This document shows, in pieces, positions 1-15,475 of a DNA stretch of 64,000 bases. The notes beneath the pieces are model-generated. The model had not been told where the DNA came from. It did no database searches and saw only the letters and a list, made by a program, of their open reading frames with translations. Position 1 is the stretch's first letter. Every line of letters begins with the position of its first letter. A program made the translations under genes and the position numbers. Source of the stretch: Octopus sinensis (taxonomy: Eukaryota); contig NC_043004.1 of the NCBI RefSeq assembly GCF_006345805.1, positions 56,234,001-56,298,000 of the forward strand, in the 5' to 3' direction.

Positions 1-1204
1 ATATTAATGCTGTTTCATCGACTAATACCTTCTATTTCTAAAACATTGGCTGGGAGCCTAAAAAACACAATAATTTAGATCTGTTTTCTAACAAACCATT
101 TTAAATGCTTTACAGGCGTATAATTTCTAACGTTATTATAAGTTTTTGCGGAAGCATTTGTAATTTTTGTTTGTTATGTTGGTCGATAGAGTTGTTGAGC
201 TCGAAAAAAGAAAATAAGATGGGAAACGATATGAAGAAATGAAGACGGAAAGAGGAAAAAATTTAATAAGACCTAGAAGGCATTTGAAAAGTGTTATCTC
301 AAGCCAGTGTTTTGTTTGAAAGCTGGTTAAAAACTTATTTTAATCAATATTGATACAATTGCTTTCTTAATATCTCAATAAATTACTGCTCCTTTCTTTC
401 TCTGAACCGTTTCCCTCTCTTCCTTTCATACCTGTTACCTCTCCCTATCTAACCCTCTATCTGTCCATTCATCCGTCTGTCTGCCTGCCTGCCTGCCTGT
501 CTGTTCGTCTGTCCGTCCCTCTGTCGGCCTGTCTATCTGTCTCTGCCACATCTTTATCACTCTTCGTTTCTTCCCCGTTTCTATAATAATACAAGTTCTT
601 ACTCCTTCCCTGTATGCTTCAGCTTGTGCCTGTATGTTTGCGCTTGTGTATGAATGTCCGAGTGTGGTGTATACGTGTGGATATGCGCATATAGATATGT
701 ATATATGCGAATATACGTATATATATATATGTATATGTGTATGCACAATAATACATTTTCCCTAATATCTTCTACTGTGACGTTCCTCATCTCACACACG
801 CTGTCTTACTTAATTACCCTTAATTTCTTAGTGCCTATCAACTTCTAAATCTCCACCTATGACCTGCCATGTTTCCAAATACGCGAGCATAAACATGACC
901 AGACGCATAGGAAGGGGCAAACACATAAACGGAGACATGATGATTCAAAACGTTTCCTTCATTTCCCATTCTTATTATCATTCGTCCCTCAAGCATTTCA
1001 TAGTTTGTCTCTTTCTCTCTCACTTTCTCCTTCTCTCCCCCTCACACTCTTCCCTTTCATCATTGCTCTACTCATCGCCTATAAACATTTTGTTGCCACT
1101 CATATCCTCCTCTCGCTCCTGTCTTCCTCATAATAATTACCTTTCCATTAACTCCGTGGTTATTTTCTTCTAGTTTATCCGCACTACTAGCATCTATCCA
1201 TCTT

Positions 1205-1251
<47 letters not shown>

Positions 1252-1268
1252 GTCTATCTGTCTATCTG

Positions 1269-1336
<68 letters not shown>

Positions 1337-1544
1337 ACTATCTATCTATATATCTGTCCGTCTATATATCTATCTTTCTATGCACCTGTCTGTCTGCATG
1401 TGTGTCTATTTATTTATGAACCTATCTGTCTCTCTGTCAGTCTGTCAGTCTGTCTCTCTCTCTATCTCTGTCTTTCTATCTACTTGTCTGTCGGTCTGTC
1501 TGTTTCTGATTATGTATGTATCTATCTGTCTGTCTGCCTGTCCG

Positions 1545-1605
<61 letters not shown>

Positions 1606-1927
1606 TTACTTTCCTTTGTCTCTCTACAGTCTCCCTTTCTGTTTGTATGTCTATCATTTTTACAAACACTATAACAATATTTCTCATTATCTCTTTCTCT
1701 CATACATGTCTATTTTTGACCCCTAAATACATACACATTTACATACAATCAACATATCTATATACATACATAATTATATATATATATATATATAAATATA
1801 AACATATATATGTATACATATATACATACATATATATACGTATATATATATATGTATATATATATATATACACATATATATATATATATGTGTGTGTGCG
1901 TATGTATATATATATATATATATATAC

Positions 1928-1994
<67 letters not shown>

Positions 1995-2444
1995 CGTCAA
2001 TATATCAGCTTACATATAAATCATCTTAAATTGCCATAAAACTCCACTGACACGCTGTACCACATGGCCTTAGTGCTCAGGCAATATTTTGAATCATTAT
2101 TGAAAACCAATCGCTGATGTTTGTCTCTCAATATTGATGTCACAAGTAATTTATTATAAATCTATTTCTGGTAAACACTTCAATGAAAATATTTCATGTT
2201 TGTTTTTAATATTTCCAAATTTTTATCTACTGAACTCCATTTTGCTTTTTTTTTCTTATTTTAATTTCGCCGCGTTGGGCTTCTGTTGTTTTTTATGTAT
2301 GTATTTTTATATCTAACGTGTACAAATATGATGTCTTCTGTAATTTCTCGGACCCGCCAAGTTTGCAGACACAGAAATACACACACACACACACACACAC
2401 ACACACCCACACACATACACATACAATACACACACACACCTACA

Positions 2445-2482
<38 letters not shown>

Positions 2483-3248
2483 CAACTATTGTGTGGATAT
2501 GAGCGAGTGTGTGAGAGTATATATATATATCTGTGTGCATGTATAAACACATACACACGCTCTCATGCTTAATTGTGTGTATGTCTCCGTGCGTAAACGT
2601 TTGTGTATGTGTGTGTGTGGGTATGTGTGTGTGGGCATGTGTGTGTGACTATGTGTATGTGTGCATGTGTGTGTGTTTGTGCGTGTATGTGTATGTGTGA
2701 GGTTGTGTACACGTGCGTGCATATATACGTTAGACGAAGGAAAAAATCTATCATCCGAAAATAACACACGACCTTGGAACTTAATGTCTTAGCGTATTCA
2801 ATTTCAAGTTGCTAGGTTGTGAGTTCAGATTTTTCTCTAGTTATCCTATGGATACACATTTCCTAATTACAGCGAAAGCACACTTATTTTTCAAAGCGGT
2901 GAGATTGTATTGAATTCAGCTTTTGATACACATTTTCAACGATCCAAGTATTTTCAGGAAGATTTTAAATAGAAAATTTTAGAATTTTTTGTATTCCTGG
3001 TATATCAATTATTCTTTTTTTATCTCACCAATTTGTTTCCTACTGTATCTAAATACATATGACAATGTATGTACACACATACACACACACACACACACGC
3101 ACACACACAGAGGCACGCACACACTCACAGAGGCACGCACACACACACTCACACCTCTCTCTCTGTCTCTCTGTCTCTCTACCTCTCTAATTGTCTAGTT
3201 ATGTATGTATCTATCTACATATATGTATATATATTTATATGTGTGTGT

Positions 3249-3321
<73 letters not shown>

Positions 3322-4202
3322 TATATATGTGTGTGTGCCTATAAATATGCACGTTTGTATATATGTGTGTTTTAAATCCACCTTAATTTACTGTCTAATA
3401 TCTAACCTAATCATTATTAACGTCACTGAAATCTGATTTACCGAGGCTAATGATCAAATAAAAACTTCCATTAAAGCCCAACTAAATATAGAGCTATAAA
3501 AATTTGAATATGAAGGGAAGCGACAAATGAAACAACTAGACACTGTCCCATATCAGAGAATACAAGAATCTTGAAAATAATAAGATTTCAATTGAAAACT
3601 CCACCAATTATAATAAACATAGTCCCAGCCATCCAAAAATGGAACACAGAAATAATTACATTCACAAAACAATGACTGTTTTCTTTTCTTTATCGAAATT
3701 CCATAACCTCATCAGCTGTTCTGGAGGATCATTAAATTTCGACACCTAGCAGAACCATTCAAACCACTGGTACCCACATCACCCTCCCACACACGTAAAA
3801 TTGAGGTAGATTAGATTTAACATCAATCGTTTGATAATCGTATGTAAATCAATATTGATTTCGATTTAAGTTACACATCCACGGGCATAAAAGAACGGAA
3901 AAACAGAAGGCTAATATAACAGATGTTGCTTTCCCCCCAAAATTAAATGTTGTTGATGTTGATTATTGATTGCTCTTGAAAGAAACATATTACTAGAACA
4001 GCGGAATGAGGCTTCAAGAGGCTTGTTAATATAGGTCTCATTATCTCAGTTCTTTTCCTATAATTCAATAGATTGGTATATACTAACAAAAACGTGTTGA
4101 TAGAGGAAATTTAAGCTTGAGCTGAATTAATAAATATCTTGTATTAAAATACACTTGAATAGATAAATGAGAATCTTGAGAATAAGATCTACAGAATTAA
4201 AT

Positions 4203-4603
4203 TACTCTCTACTCTTTACTCTTTTACTCTTTTACTTGTTCCAGTCATTGACTGCGGCCATGCCTTTAATCGAGCAAATCGACCCCGGGACTTATTCTTT
4301 TGTAAGCCCAGTACTTATTCTATCGGTCTCTTTTGCTGAACCGCTAAGTAACGGGGACATAAACACACCAGCATCGGTTGTGAAGCAATGCTAGGGGGAC
4401 AAACATAGACACACAAACACATATATATATATACATATATACGACGGGCTTCTTCCAGTTTCCGTCTACCACATCCACTCACAAGGCTTTGGTCGGCCCA
4501 AGGCTATAGTAGAAGACACTTGCCCAAGGTGCCACGCAGTGGGACTGAACCCGGAACCATGTGATTGGTAAACAAGCTACTTAGCACACAGCCACTCCTG
4601 CGC
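4203..4603 (-). mobile_element. tRNA-headed SINE, family A (~400 bp)
   Basis: Reverse complement begins GCGCAGGAGTGGCTGTG (A-box-like) then GGTTCAGTCCC (B-box-like). It has an internal CA/TA tract and an (AAAAGAGT)n-like tail. The same sequence recurs at least 8 times in the window. Confidence 0.9.
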
Positions 4604-5027
4604 GGTCAGTTTTGAATATCTTCTCTAGAGTCAAAGAACTGGAATATCTAAACTTCATTTAACATTTTGCAACGCCAAATATTCTGGTGTAAAGATCATA
4701 ACATACCTTCTCTTTTACCATTCCTTGTTATGAGGCTTTGTGACTATAAGAGAAATGATCATTCTCTGTTATTCCGAAAATCAAAGATAAAACATTACTT
4801 TATTTCAATAGTGACAATAGTTATGACCAATCACCAACAATGGACTGACTAAAAATTTGTTTAGTCATTAAACTATTCCATTTATAAACTGGTTACATCA
4901 TTTTAAAAGGAAGTAGTGGTTCAGACTTTATTTCTCTACTGAGTAGCATTGTTCGACACAGAGTTTGTAAAAATGGGAGACACTGACATAGTGGAAAGAG
5001 AAAGAGAATGAGAGAAAGAGAGAGAGG

Positions 5028-5075
<48 letters not shown>

Positions 5076-6644
5076 ACTCCAGCCCCACACTAGCATTTCT
5101 TGAAAGTATTATAGAATCGAAGTACATGGAGATAATTACACTTAACATTGAGAACGTTGGACACACGTTGAAATGTTTCACACCATTTGGCTTTGTGAGA
5201 GAAACACTTTAATATCTGATCAACGCTGTATAGAAAATCCAACTTTCCTGAAAGTCACCTTCTGCTAATTAATAGGAATTGGTAAGTGTGATATTGGTTT
5301 TATAATTATCATCTTATTTACCGAACGTGGTTCTAATAATATAATCACATCATATGATAAAATTTATAGGCTGATCGGTTAAAGTTGATCTTGAGATAAC
5401 AAAAAAAATCAACAATACCAACAAAAACAACAGAATGCAGTAACTAATAAGGTAGTTTTTACATAGTTCCTCGGATTGCTGGAAATACTGTCACTGTCAA
5501 ATCTCCCTTGAAAAGTGGAAGAATATATTAGATAATTTAGTCTTCGAAATCCTTTAAAATGTTATGGAACTTTTTATTCCTAGGTCTACTCAATTATAAC
5601 TGCCACCAACCAAACAACTGAATATTTTAAACTAACGAGGTAGTTCGGTCTAATTCCTACGTCACAATTTCACCAGAAGTGATTGTATACTTTGTTGTTT
5701 TGAGGTCTCTAACATAAATACTTGTATATAATTTTTCTTTTTGCTGGGATTTAGGCCCAGTCAGCCTTGATGAGCAGAGCAATGATTAAAAGGAATTTCA
5801 GCCTTGTTCAGTCATTGGGAATCCTGGACCTCATAATCCAGTGCTCTCCATTTAGAGATGATGTTCGAGGGTTTGCTTATATACATATATACATACATGC
5901 ACATATACATATATACATGTATACATATACATGTGATATATTAATGAGTACGTAGTATTTTATTATTAACGTTTGAATGATGAAATAATGTATTTCACTC
6001 ACAAAAATATTAGTTAAATTAATTTCAATCGTGTTTTTGTTTTGGAAAAAAATTTGTAAGGTTTGAACTTTCATTATAGTAATATTTATGGAAGACCGAT
6101 GGGATTATTATTTATATTGATTCAAAGATGGAAGGCAATTTAGCATATAATTTAGTTATTGCAGTTTATTATTAATACCGATACAATGTACATTGGTTTA
6201 AATGTCAATTGCTGTAGTTTTAGTAAGGTTAGTGCTTAATCCTGCTTATTGATTGATTGATAGATTGATTGAAATAATATGGTTATTAAGCTTCAGTTGT
6301 ATACTACACTACGGAAGACGGTAGGGATTATAATTTTTTATGACTTCATAGAGTTGTCACTGTTTAGTTACGTATTTAGGAGGGGTTGTAATTTACTTAC
6401 GGTATATATTTATCGATACGGTTGTACATTGGGTAAATGTGTTTGAAAGTTGTGGTTTCTTGGGTTTGTTTGTTTGTTCCGAAACAACACTTATTTTAGT
6501 GCTGTTGACACCACCAGATCAAATAGTACTGTCAAAGTGTCAAAACCATAATGATATCCGTGGGGCAGCAGATGATGGAGGCATGCTGGATTGTTGGTAT
6601 GGCTGTGGAATAGTATTATAAAACATGCATTTGATATATATATA

Positions 6645-6694
<50 letters not shown>

Positions 6695-7124
6695 ATATAT
6701 ATATATGAGTATATATATATAATTAAGAACATAATCATTAAAATGATTATATCAGTGGCTAGCGTATAAAAAGTGACCAATCGGTAAAATTAATTTCTAT
6801 TTCTACAGTGGCTTCCAAGGCAATTATACTGCAGAGCATGAAATCTCATGTTATATAGGATTATTCGAAATTTTGCAAATCTTCTTACCCATAACCTAGC
6901 ATCCAACCCTAAGGCTATAAACAGAGAAGGAATTTAGAGTGGATTGTAGGTATTTGATATCTACATTTAGCGTATAGATGGTGGCACTACAAAGCCTTCA
7001 ATTATAATTATATATTATAATTATATACTTAAATATTTATATATATATATATATATGTATATAATAATAATAATAATAATAATAACAATAATAATAATAA
7101 TATTAATAATAATAATAATAATAA

Positions 7125-7702
7125 CAGAGTTATGAACCTACATACACTGGAAGCTATGCCAACATTATGGAATAACAACAGAAAAAATATGGTATAGGCA
7201 AACACCAGAAAAGGTCACAGAAAACGAGAAAGCAACCATACTCAGGGATATGCCGATACACACAGATAAAGAAATTAAGGCCAACAGACCAGATATAGTT
7301 GTCAGAGATCATGAAGAAAAAAAATGCTTTCTAATTGATGTATCAATACCGGCAGATGACAACGTGTCTCTAAAAGAAATGGAGAAACTTTCAAAATACA
7401 AAGACCTGGAAATAGAGGTAACCAGAATGTGGAATCTGAAAACAGAAGCAATCCCTATCATAGTAGGTGCATTAGGCATGATAAAAAAATATTCAGACAA
7501 ATACGTAACAAAAACACCAGGACTTACAAACACATATAACATACAGAAAATTGCACTACTAGGCACTGCACACATCCCACGCAGAACACTTTCCATACAA
7601 TAACCATCAGAGCATCACAACAAATCACAGCACATACCCAAGGCACACAGATCTGCGCTCGGTAGTGAAGTGAAAGCACGCTATAAAGATAAAACTACTG
7701 AA
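7125..7702 (+). mobile_element. 3' fragment of an R4/Dong-like non-LTR retrotransposon (restriction-like endonuclease domain plus 3' UTR)
   Basis: Frame reads IHWKLCQHYG...NRPDIVVRD...CFLIDVSIP...KEMEKLSKYKDL...PIIVGALG, the PD..D REL endonuclease signature. It is 5'-truncated and flanked on both sides by (AAT)n, the target type known for Dong. Confidence 0.85.
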
Positions 7703-7704
7703 TA

Positions 7705-7803
<99 letters not shown>

Positions 7804-8215
7804 TAATATGATAATAATATTAGGCAGTATATCCAAACTTACAGGGAAAAATTAGATTTAGGATTAAATCAAATTTCACAGTATAAATATAAATTTATCT
7901 CTAATTTAATTTATATTCTATATATATAAAATCCATTATATATCCCTTGCATTTAATCTTGACTCTTTTTCGTTCCCAACAATATTGGTATACAAATCTC
8001 ATACCTTATGAAAATGATAACAACCAAACTGTGTTGAATAATTTTCTCGTATGTGTACAAACTGGCTCACTCTGCCACAGAAGCTGTACAGAATATCAAT
8101 ATGTGTGTGTGTGTGTGTGTGTATGTGTGTGTGTGTATGTGTGAGTGTGTGTGTATGTATATTTATATATGTATATATATGAGAACAGATATGTGTTTTA
8201 TATTATGTATGTATG

Positions 8216-8305
<90 letters not shown>

Positions 8306-8763
8306 TGTGTATATATACATATGCGTGTGCATATATATATATATGGGACTCTGCACAATATTACAACGCCAATAAAAAAATTCTACAATACTTTTTCATT
8401 ACAATATCTCTCCCTTAACCTGATTGTTATTCAATATCCTCTATGTACCCCGGAAAAAAAACTCTCCAGGGACTATATAGTCGAATATTAATTCAAGTTA
8501 GTTTAGTGTGATGATAGCTATGAGTCTGAAACTCCTAAGTTACTGTCACTAGTATTCTTCCAAAAGCTTAGTAAAAGTGTACTTTAAAAATGTATTGAGA
8601 AATCATTTAGTTAAATATAAAATTGCTTTCATTATAATTCAATATAAAAACAAACATTAAGACACAGACGCACATATGCACACAAACACAGACACACACA
8701 GACATTAACACACACACACACACATGCACAAACACGCGCAAACACATATACATATAAATGTGC

Positions 8764-8852
<89 letters not shown>

Positions 8853-9534
8853 AATATAATTATATATAGACATACATACATATATATATGCATATACACG
8901 CATATACGTATGTTGATATAGATGCACATATAAATATATATATATTCACATATATATATATATGTACATATACTTAATTACGTGCAAGTGTGTATGTATA
9001 CACGCATACACGCATACACATATATACATATATTTCTTTCAAAAAATGTCGATTCCATTAAATGTTTACATATTTTTAAATTTTTATTTTACTTCTTTTT
9101 TTATTCAATTATTTTAATATTGAATAGTCTGTATTGATTTCTTCATTTATTCTCGTTCTTACGCTTGTATTCGTATTTTTATGTATATTGATTATTTATA
9201 TATTTTCTTAATTACTCAGTATTTTTTTAATTCTCAAGATGACCTTTTAGTCTCTATCAAATTTTACAGCGTTTAAAATGTCTATAACGGCTACATTTTA
9301 AGTTATTTATTTAGTACAAAATTTTTTGGATTGTCAATGCAACTAATAAATAGTTGCTAAATAATTATTCTCTCCATTATATTTTATATAATCCTCACAC
9401 GCAAAGACTCACACGAGCATGCATACACACATATAAAACAATTAATATTGAATAAGATTATAGTATATATCGATGCATTTCGGGCGCTCAAATATTTGAA
9501 GAACCTTGAGGGCCTCCATTGATATCGTTCATTT

Positions 9535-9958
9535 TACACTCTCTTTTACTCTTTTACTTCTTTTAGTCATTTGACTGCGGCCATGCTGGAGCACCGCCTT
9601 TAATCGAGCAACTCGACCCCGGGACTTATTCTTTGTAAGCCCAGTACTTATTCTATCGGTCTCTTTTGCCGAACCGCTAAGTGACGGGGACATAAACCCA
9701 CCAGCATCGGTTGTCAAGCAATGCTATGGGGACAAACACAGACACACAAACACACACATACACACACATACACATATAGATATATACATATATACGACAG
9801 GCTTCTTTCAGTTTCCGTCTACCAAATCCACTCACAAGGCATTGGTCGGCCCGGGGCTATAGTAGAAGACACTTGCCTAAGGTGCCACGCAGTGGGACTG
9901 AACCCGGAACCATGTGGTTGGTTAGCAAGCTACTTACCACACAGCCACTCCTGCGCCT
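9535..9958 (-). mobile_element. SINE family A
   Basis: Full-length copy matching 4203-4603. Confidence 0.9.
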
Positions 9959-10430
9959 GTTATTTTTTTTTTAATTCTCGGTCTGAGATTTTGTACATTT
10001 CCGTTCATGTATTAGTATATCACTGCATGAACGTATAGATGTCCGAATATGCATTTATACTCACTCATGAATTTACTCACAATGATATGGCATGATGTCC
10101 TCGTATAGGCACATCCATGCTAACATTTTGTTGATCAATTCAATGCATATGAATATGCATGTCCGTATATATAAGCTTTTCTTTTACTTCGAAGAGCATG
10201 TATGCATGTATGCACGGGCACTTACGCGCACGTTCATATCTATCTATCTATCTATCTGGTCAATCTCTCATCAACTTCTTCAAGTACCACTTGAAAAGGA
10301 AAGTGAGAGTAGAGAGGCAAGTTTTGTCTAGCGAATGTTTTAAAAAAAGATGGGTGAATGTAGCAAGAATGGCACGTATGAATGACGAAGCCACCTTGAG
10401 CATAGTCCTATGAACCCAGAAATCGAAAAC

Positions 10431-10808
10431 AGAGAGTTGCTTATTTGCAAAAAAAAAAAAAAAAAAAAAAGAAATATAAATGTGACTTCATTGACCGAGG
10501 TTACCGTGGTCTTTTCCGCAGGCTTTTCTTTCCACGGGTAAACCTCACCTGTCCTCCCTTTACACTTCATATTGACATTTCTGTGATAACGATCCCTATT
10601 GATCATTTTTTTTCCTCCCCCCCCCTTTTTTTTTTTTTTTAACCCCCCTTATTTTGTCCTCTTCTCTCCTTTTACGATCCCTTTGATGAACGAAACTCCC
10701 CCTCCTATTTTTTCTTTTTTTTTTTTTTTTTTAAACCTTCAAAAGAAAAGCTCTACCTTGTAATTTGTTCTATCTGTGTGCAGCCCTGTGTGGCTAATAA
10801 AGAAACAT
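10431..10808 (+). mobile_element. Non-autonomous element resembling a Tx1-like LINE 3' end (copy 1)
   Basis: Homologous to 57282-57614. Ends GTGCAGCCCTGTGTGGCTAATAAAGAAACA directly before (TATC)n and shares motifs with the 3' UTR at 61826-61898. Confidence 0.6.
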
Positions 10809-10864
10809 ATCTATCTATCTATCTATCTATCGATCTATCTATCTATCTTTCTATCTATCTATCA

Positions 10865-10933
<69 letters not shown>

Positions 10934-10934
<1 letters not shown>

Positions 10935-11187
10935 GTTCGGTTGGTACATAAATATTGCAGCTTTTGTTTTTCAACAAATTTTATTCAACAAGAACAATAA
11001 CAATATTTAACAAAAAACATCTTTAAGTGACGGTCTGACCGTCTGCCAAGAAAATGGGAAGTAGTAATTGAAGTAGATGGTGAATATGCTCCGGAATAAT
11101 AATTTAAAGATACTTTGTTACATGTTATTGTTTTTGTTGAATAAAATCTGTTGAAAAAAAGCCGCAATAATTATGCAGCAACCCCAG

Positions 11188-11188
<1 letters not shown>
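10934..11188. mobile_element. Mariner-derived MITE / deletion derivative
   Basis: Imperfect TIRs (GGTTGGTACATAAATATTGCAGCTTT / AAAGCCGCAATAATTATGCAGCAACC). The interior encodes a mariner-like C-terminus LDRLPRKWEVVIEVDGEYAPE*. Confidence 0.65.
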
Positions 11189-11259
<71 letters not shown>

Positions 11260-12130
11260 CGTGTGTGTGCGTGTTTGTGCGTGTTTGTGTGTGTATGCAT
11301 GTATATATATAAAATACAAAATGGGACAACAACGCAAAACATCTAGACAGTTAGGTGATACAAAAAAGGGACAACAAAACATCCAGGTAGACGACAGAAA
11401 GAAAACAAGGACGGGTCATTCGGAGTTTTCTATCCTCATTCGAGTTCCAGATTATCTTTACAATTTCGGCTGGGTATACTCGAGATTGCTCCAATCTGGC
11501 CAGCTCCAAAGGAAAAACTAAGCTAAGAGCATTAGATTCCTCGGAAGAAAACAGCGAATGTATTCGAAAACAAGGACGGAAAAAAACCCACAAATACAAA
11601 TGCAATTAACAGGACTTAACAACAGGTGTCGTTCGATGAAGGACGAATTAAATTAAGCTGGAGTGTGTGGAACAAAAGCCTTACGGCAGGGACATAAGAT
11701 TTAACATGCATAGTAAGGAATATAGATGTTTACCGGATGGTAGTCGAACCAAGAAAGAAAGGTCAGGCCTAACCGAACACCGGTCACGTGGAGAGAGAAA
11801 AGAGAGAGGTAGAGGCAGAGGAATAGAAGAATTAAGGAGGGGCGAGAAAAAATGAAAGAGACGCAGTGAAGTGAAAGAGGAGGGAAAGCGAGCATGAAGG
11901 CCAGTAAATGTGAGAGAGGGAGAACGAAAGAACGAAAACTGGAATGAACGAAGTGTGAAAGGGCTGATAGAAAGAAGGAAAGAATGAAAGAATAGAAAGA
12001 ATAATACAGTCCTACAAAATTTACACACACACACACACACACACATATACTTACATACAAGGGACCAAAGTGTACGTACGCCATATATATATAGTTGGTT
12101 TTAAGTGGAACTAGTACTTTATATATATAT

Positions 12131-12276
12131 AACTTAGCGGTTCGGTCAAAAAGAGACCGATAAAATAAGTACTAGGCTTATAAAGAATAAGTCCCGGGGT
12201 CGATTTGCTTGACTAAAGGCGGTGCTCCAGCATGGCCGCAGTCAAATGACTGAAACAAGTAAAAGAGTAAAAGAGT
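12131..12276 (+). mobile_element. SINE family A, 3' part only
   Basis: Matches the 3' ~145 bp of family A including the AAAAGAGT tail. Confidence 0.85.
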
Positions 12277-12426
12277 ATTATATATATATATATATATGCA
12301 CACACACACACACACACACATATATATGTGTGTGTATGTGTGTATATTTGTATGCGTATTTGCGTGTTTGTCTATGCGTGCGAGTGCATATAGGTGTAAA
12401 TACTTATGTGGATGTGTACCTTTCAA

Positions 12427-12810
12427 GGATCTTTACCTTTTGACCTACAGATTTAAAAAATAAGTTTTTGTAACTAAACACTTTCAAACTTCGGACACTG
12501 GTAGAATGCGTCATATAAAACATCTTTTACTCTTAGCATTTTTGAGAAAAACTTATATTTACGAAGTTATTTCACCTTAAAGTTCTCGTATTTCGGTAAT
12601 TTCAACCAATCAATGACTTGTATTCCCCTGAATAAAATTACTGCTGTTGTTTGTCAACAAGAACTTCCGGCGGTGTATATTTCGTTTGTCACTGTTATGC
12701 TAAGAATGAAACATGTTTTATATGACACGTTCTACTAGTGTCCGAAGTTTGAAAGTGTTTAGTTACAAAAATTATTTTTTTAATCTGTAGGTCAAAAGGT
12801 AAAAATCCTC
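12427..12810. mobile_element. MITE with ~100-bp terminal inverted repeats
   Basis: Left TTTACCTTTTGACCTACAGAT...CTTTCAAACTTCGGACACTGGTAGAA is the reverse complement of right TTCTACTAGTGTCCGAAGTTTGAAAG...ATCTGTAGGTCAAAAGGTAAA. TTTCAA occurs on both flanks (possible TSD). Confidence 0.8.
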
Positions 12811-12987
12811 TTTCAAATTTAATTCCTGCATAAGTGGTCGCTTATATATCTTTGCATATTTGGCGGCTCCGCCTTTGTGCTTCTGTCGTTCTCTCTCCCT
12901 CTGTACGCATATACGTGTGTATTTATATGTGTGTGAGTGTGTGTGTGTGTGTATTGGGGTTGTATATGTAGATAGTGACATAGATAC

Positions 12988-13036
<49 letters not shown>

Positions 13037-13780
13037 GAAGCGGAGACAGCAAAAAATGTGTTGTGTCTGCTTACATGTATGTACATGCGTGTATCTGCAT
13101 TCGCGTGTTTTTCTAGACAATCGCAAAGCCGAATATTGCCACAAAACGTGCACCATCACATTACAAAAATAACTAAGTGGGATATTCGGATGACTTATGG
13201 CTGAACTGATATGACCTGAAAACGTTATACTTTAAGCTGCTGCCAGCACGAGAAATAATCTATGCATATTTTACATCGAAATATTCTATAAAACTTTATT
13301 CGAAATTATCACAAAGAGATCACTATATCACGCCATCCAACTGTCTCTCGTCAATATTCATAAGTTGATTAACTGTTCGCTTCTCATTAGAATTCCCCTT
13401 GAAATATTTCAGTCATTGCAATATAATGTTTTTTATGATTCAATGTTACCTAAAAATATCCATACATTTTTATATATTTCTGTACATATATACATACAAG
13501 CATATGTACATACATACGTACGTATACACACACATACGCGCAAAGACTCGCAGGAAATGAAAATAAAGTCTAGTTTATGTCATTAATTCCTACGTATGTT
13601 GTTGTTTGACGCCCTGCATTGGATGTCCTAAGTACATTTAGATGCTAACCGCTAACAGATCAACTTTACTGTATTTCATAACTTGTAATAATACTATGTA
13701 TAGTAGATAACATTCATTGTACTGGAAGAAGACTGGACTATGGAAATCTTCGTGGAGTAGTACACCTATTTCTACACACA

Positions 13781-13813
<33 letters not shown>

Positions 13814-13887
13814 CGTGTGTGTATATACACACACATATATGTACATACACATACATACATACAAACATACACACACACACACATACA

Positions 13888-13931
<44 letters not shown>

Positions 13932-14389
13932 TATATGTTTGTGTTTGTATATATACCCATGCCTATTCCCCTTTTTCGTTAGGGATAGCCACAAGACATA
14001 TACCAGGCATTCCATTCATTTCCCAGCTGAAAAAGGCGAGCGCCGTGCTACGCTCGGGTCAAGGCACAGAACGCAACCCCCAATATTAGCATCGGGGCCC
14101 AAGAACATATGCTGGTTTACTCCCGCCGTATGATGCTGGTTCTGTACTCCTTTGAGCAATATCAAACTCACTCATCCATCCACAAACACTCTCCATGGAT
14201 TCCTATCATTTATAAACTATTTTGCCTCTTTCTCTCCAACACCTATAATCACCAAAGCTTTCCTCACTCACTCACTCACTCACTCACTCACTCACTCCCC
14301 ATCCATCCATCCATCCATCCATCCATCCATCCATCCATTCATTCATTCATTCATTCATTCATTCATTCATCCATCCATCCACCCATCCA

Positions 14390-15475
14390 CACAAACCGAG
14401 GTCTGCCACTGGTTCTGCTGCCTACCACTTCTGCCTTCATCATCCTCCTTACCATCCGCTCCTCATCCATCCTTTCCATTTGTCTAAACCACCTCAACAT
14501 TCATCTATTCATTTTGGTTGTTAGTTTTTCTCTCATTCTTGCTCACCTTCGCACTTCGTCATTCCTCATCCTGTCCATCCGTGTCACACCAACCATAGCC
14601 CTCAGACATCTCATCTCAAACATATCTAGTCGCCGCTTTCCGTCTCTTTCAGCCCCCACGTCTTTGCACCATATAACATTGTCGGCATAATCATGTCTTC
14701 ATACACACTTTTCGCTTTCATACTCAACCTATTTCTTTATAACCCACAAGGGGCTAAACACAGAGGGGACAATCAAGGACAGACATAGGTATTAAGTCGA
14801 TTACATCGACCCCAGTGCGTAACTGGTACTTAATTTATCGACCCTGAAAGGATGAAAGGCAAAGTCGACCTCGGCGGAATTTGAACTCACAACGTAACGC
14901 AGACGAAATACCGCTAAGCATTTCGTCCGGCGTGCTAACGCTTCTGCCAGCTCGCCGCTATCATACTCAACCTTTTATCTCTCAGCATACCGTTCACAAC
15001 TCCAAGTATCTTACTCCCCTCTCTCACTCTGTATCCGATTCCTCAGCCCACCCCTCCGCCGCCGTATGTGATCCCAGATACCTAAAAACAGTCACCTCTT
15101 CTAACATCTCACCATTTATATTCACATCAATCCTACCAACCATTCCATCTCTCGAACATCTCATCACCTTACTCTTAGCTACATTCACTTTCAGTTTCCT
15201 CCTCTCATACACACTTCTAAACTCTACCATCAGTCTCCTCAGTTGCTCTTCCGAAACCGCCACCAGTTCTGTATCATCCGCAAACAACAACTAACTCACT
15301 TGCAATTTTTCTCTCTTTCCCTCACCATTTGGGCTCCCCTACCAAAGGTTCTTGCATTTATTTCTCCCAATCCACCATCTATAAATAAATTAAATAGCCA
15401 CAGAGACATCACACAACCCTGTCTTAACCCCATCTTTCTATCTAACCACTCACTTCACCACCCACCCTAACGCAC
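14390..15475 (-). mobile_element. Decayed RTE-like LINE reverse transcriptase fragment
   Basis: ORF 15024-15290 reads LFADDTELVA...LKVNVAKSKVM...EEVTVFRYLGS (YADD-type motif and FxYLGS). It is interrupted by a SINE. Confidence 0.8.
14731..14960 (-). mobile_element. tRNA-headed SINE, family B (~230 bp), inserted in the LINE
   Basis: Head GCGGCGAGCTGGCAGAA...GAGTTCAAATTCC. A 13-bp TSD TCATACTCAACCT lies at 14718-14730 and 14961-14973. Confidence 0.9.

Noticed and set aside
5800-5870. Possible short host exon (AG...GT, open frame LVQSLGILDLIIQCSPFRDDVR); also splice-like sites at 5281, 6810 and 45420
   Set aside because: No recognisable protein similarity or consistent exon chain. It needs RNA-seq, so a spliced host transcript cannot be excluded.
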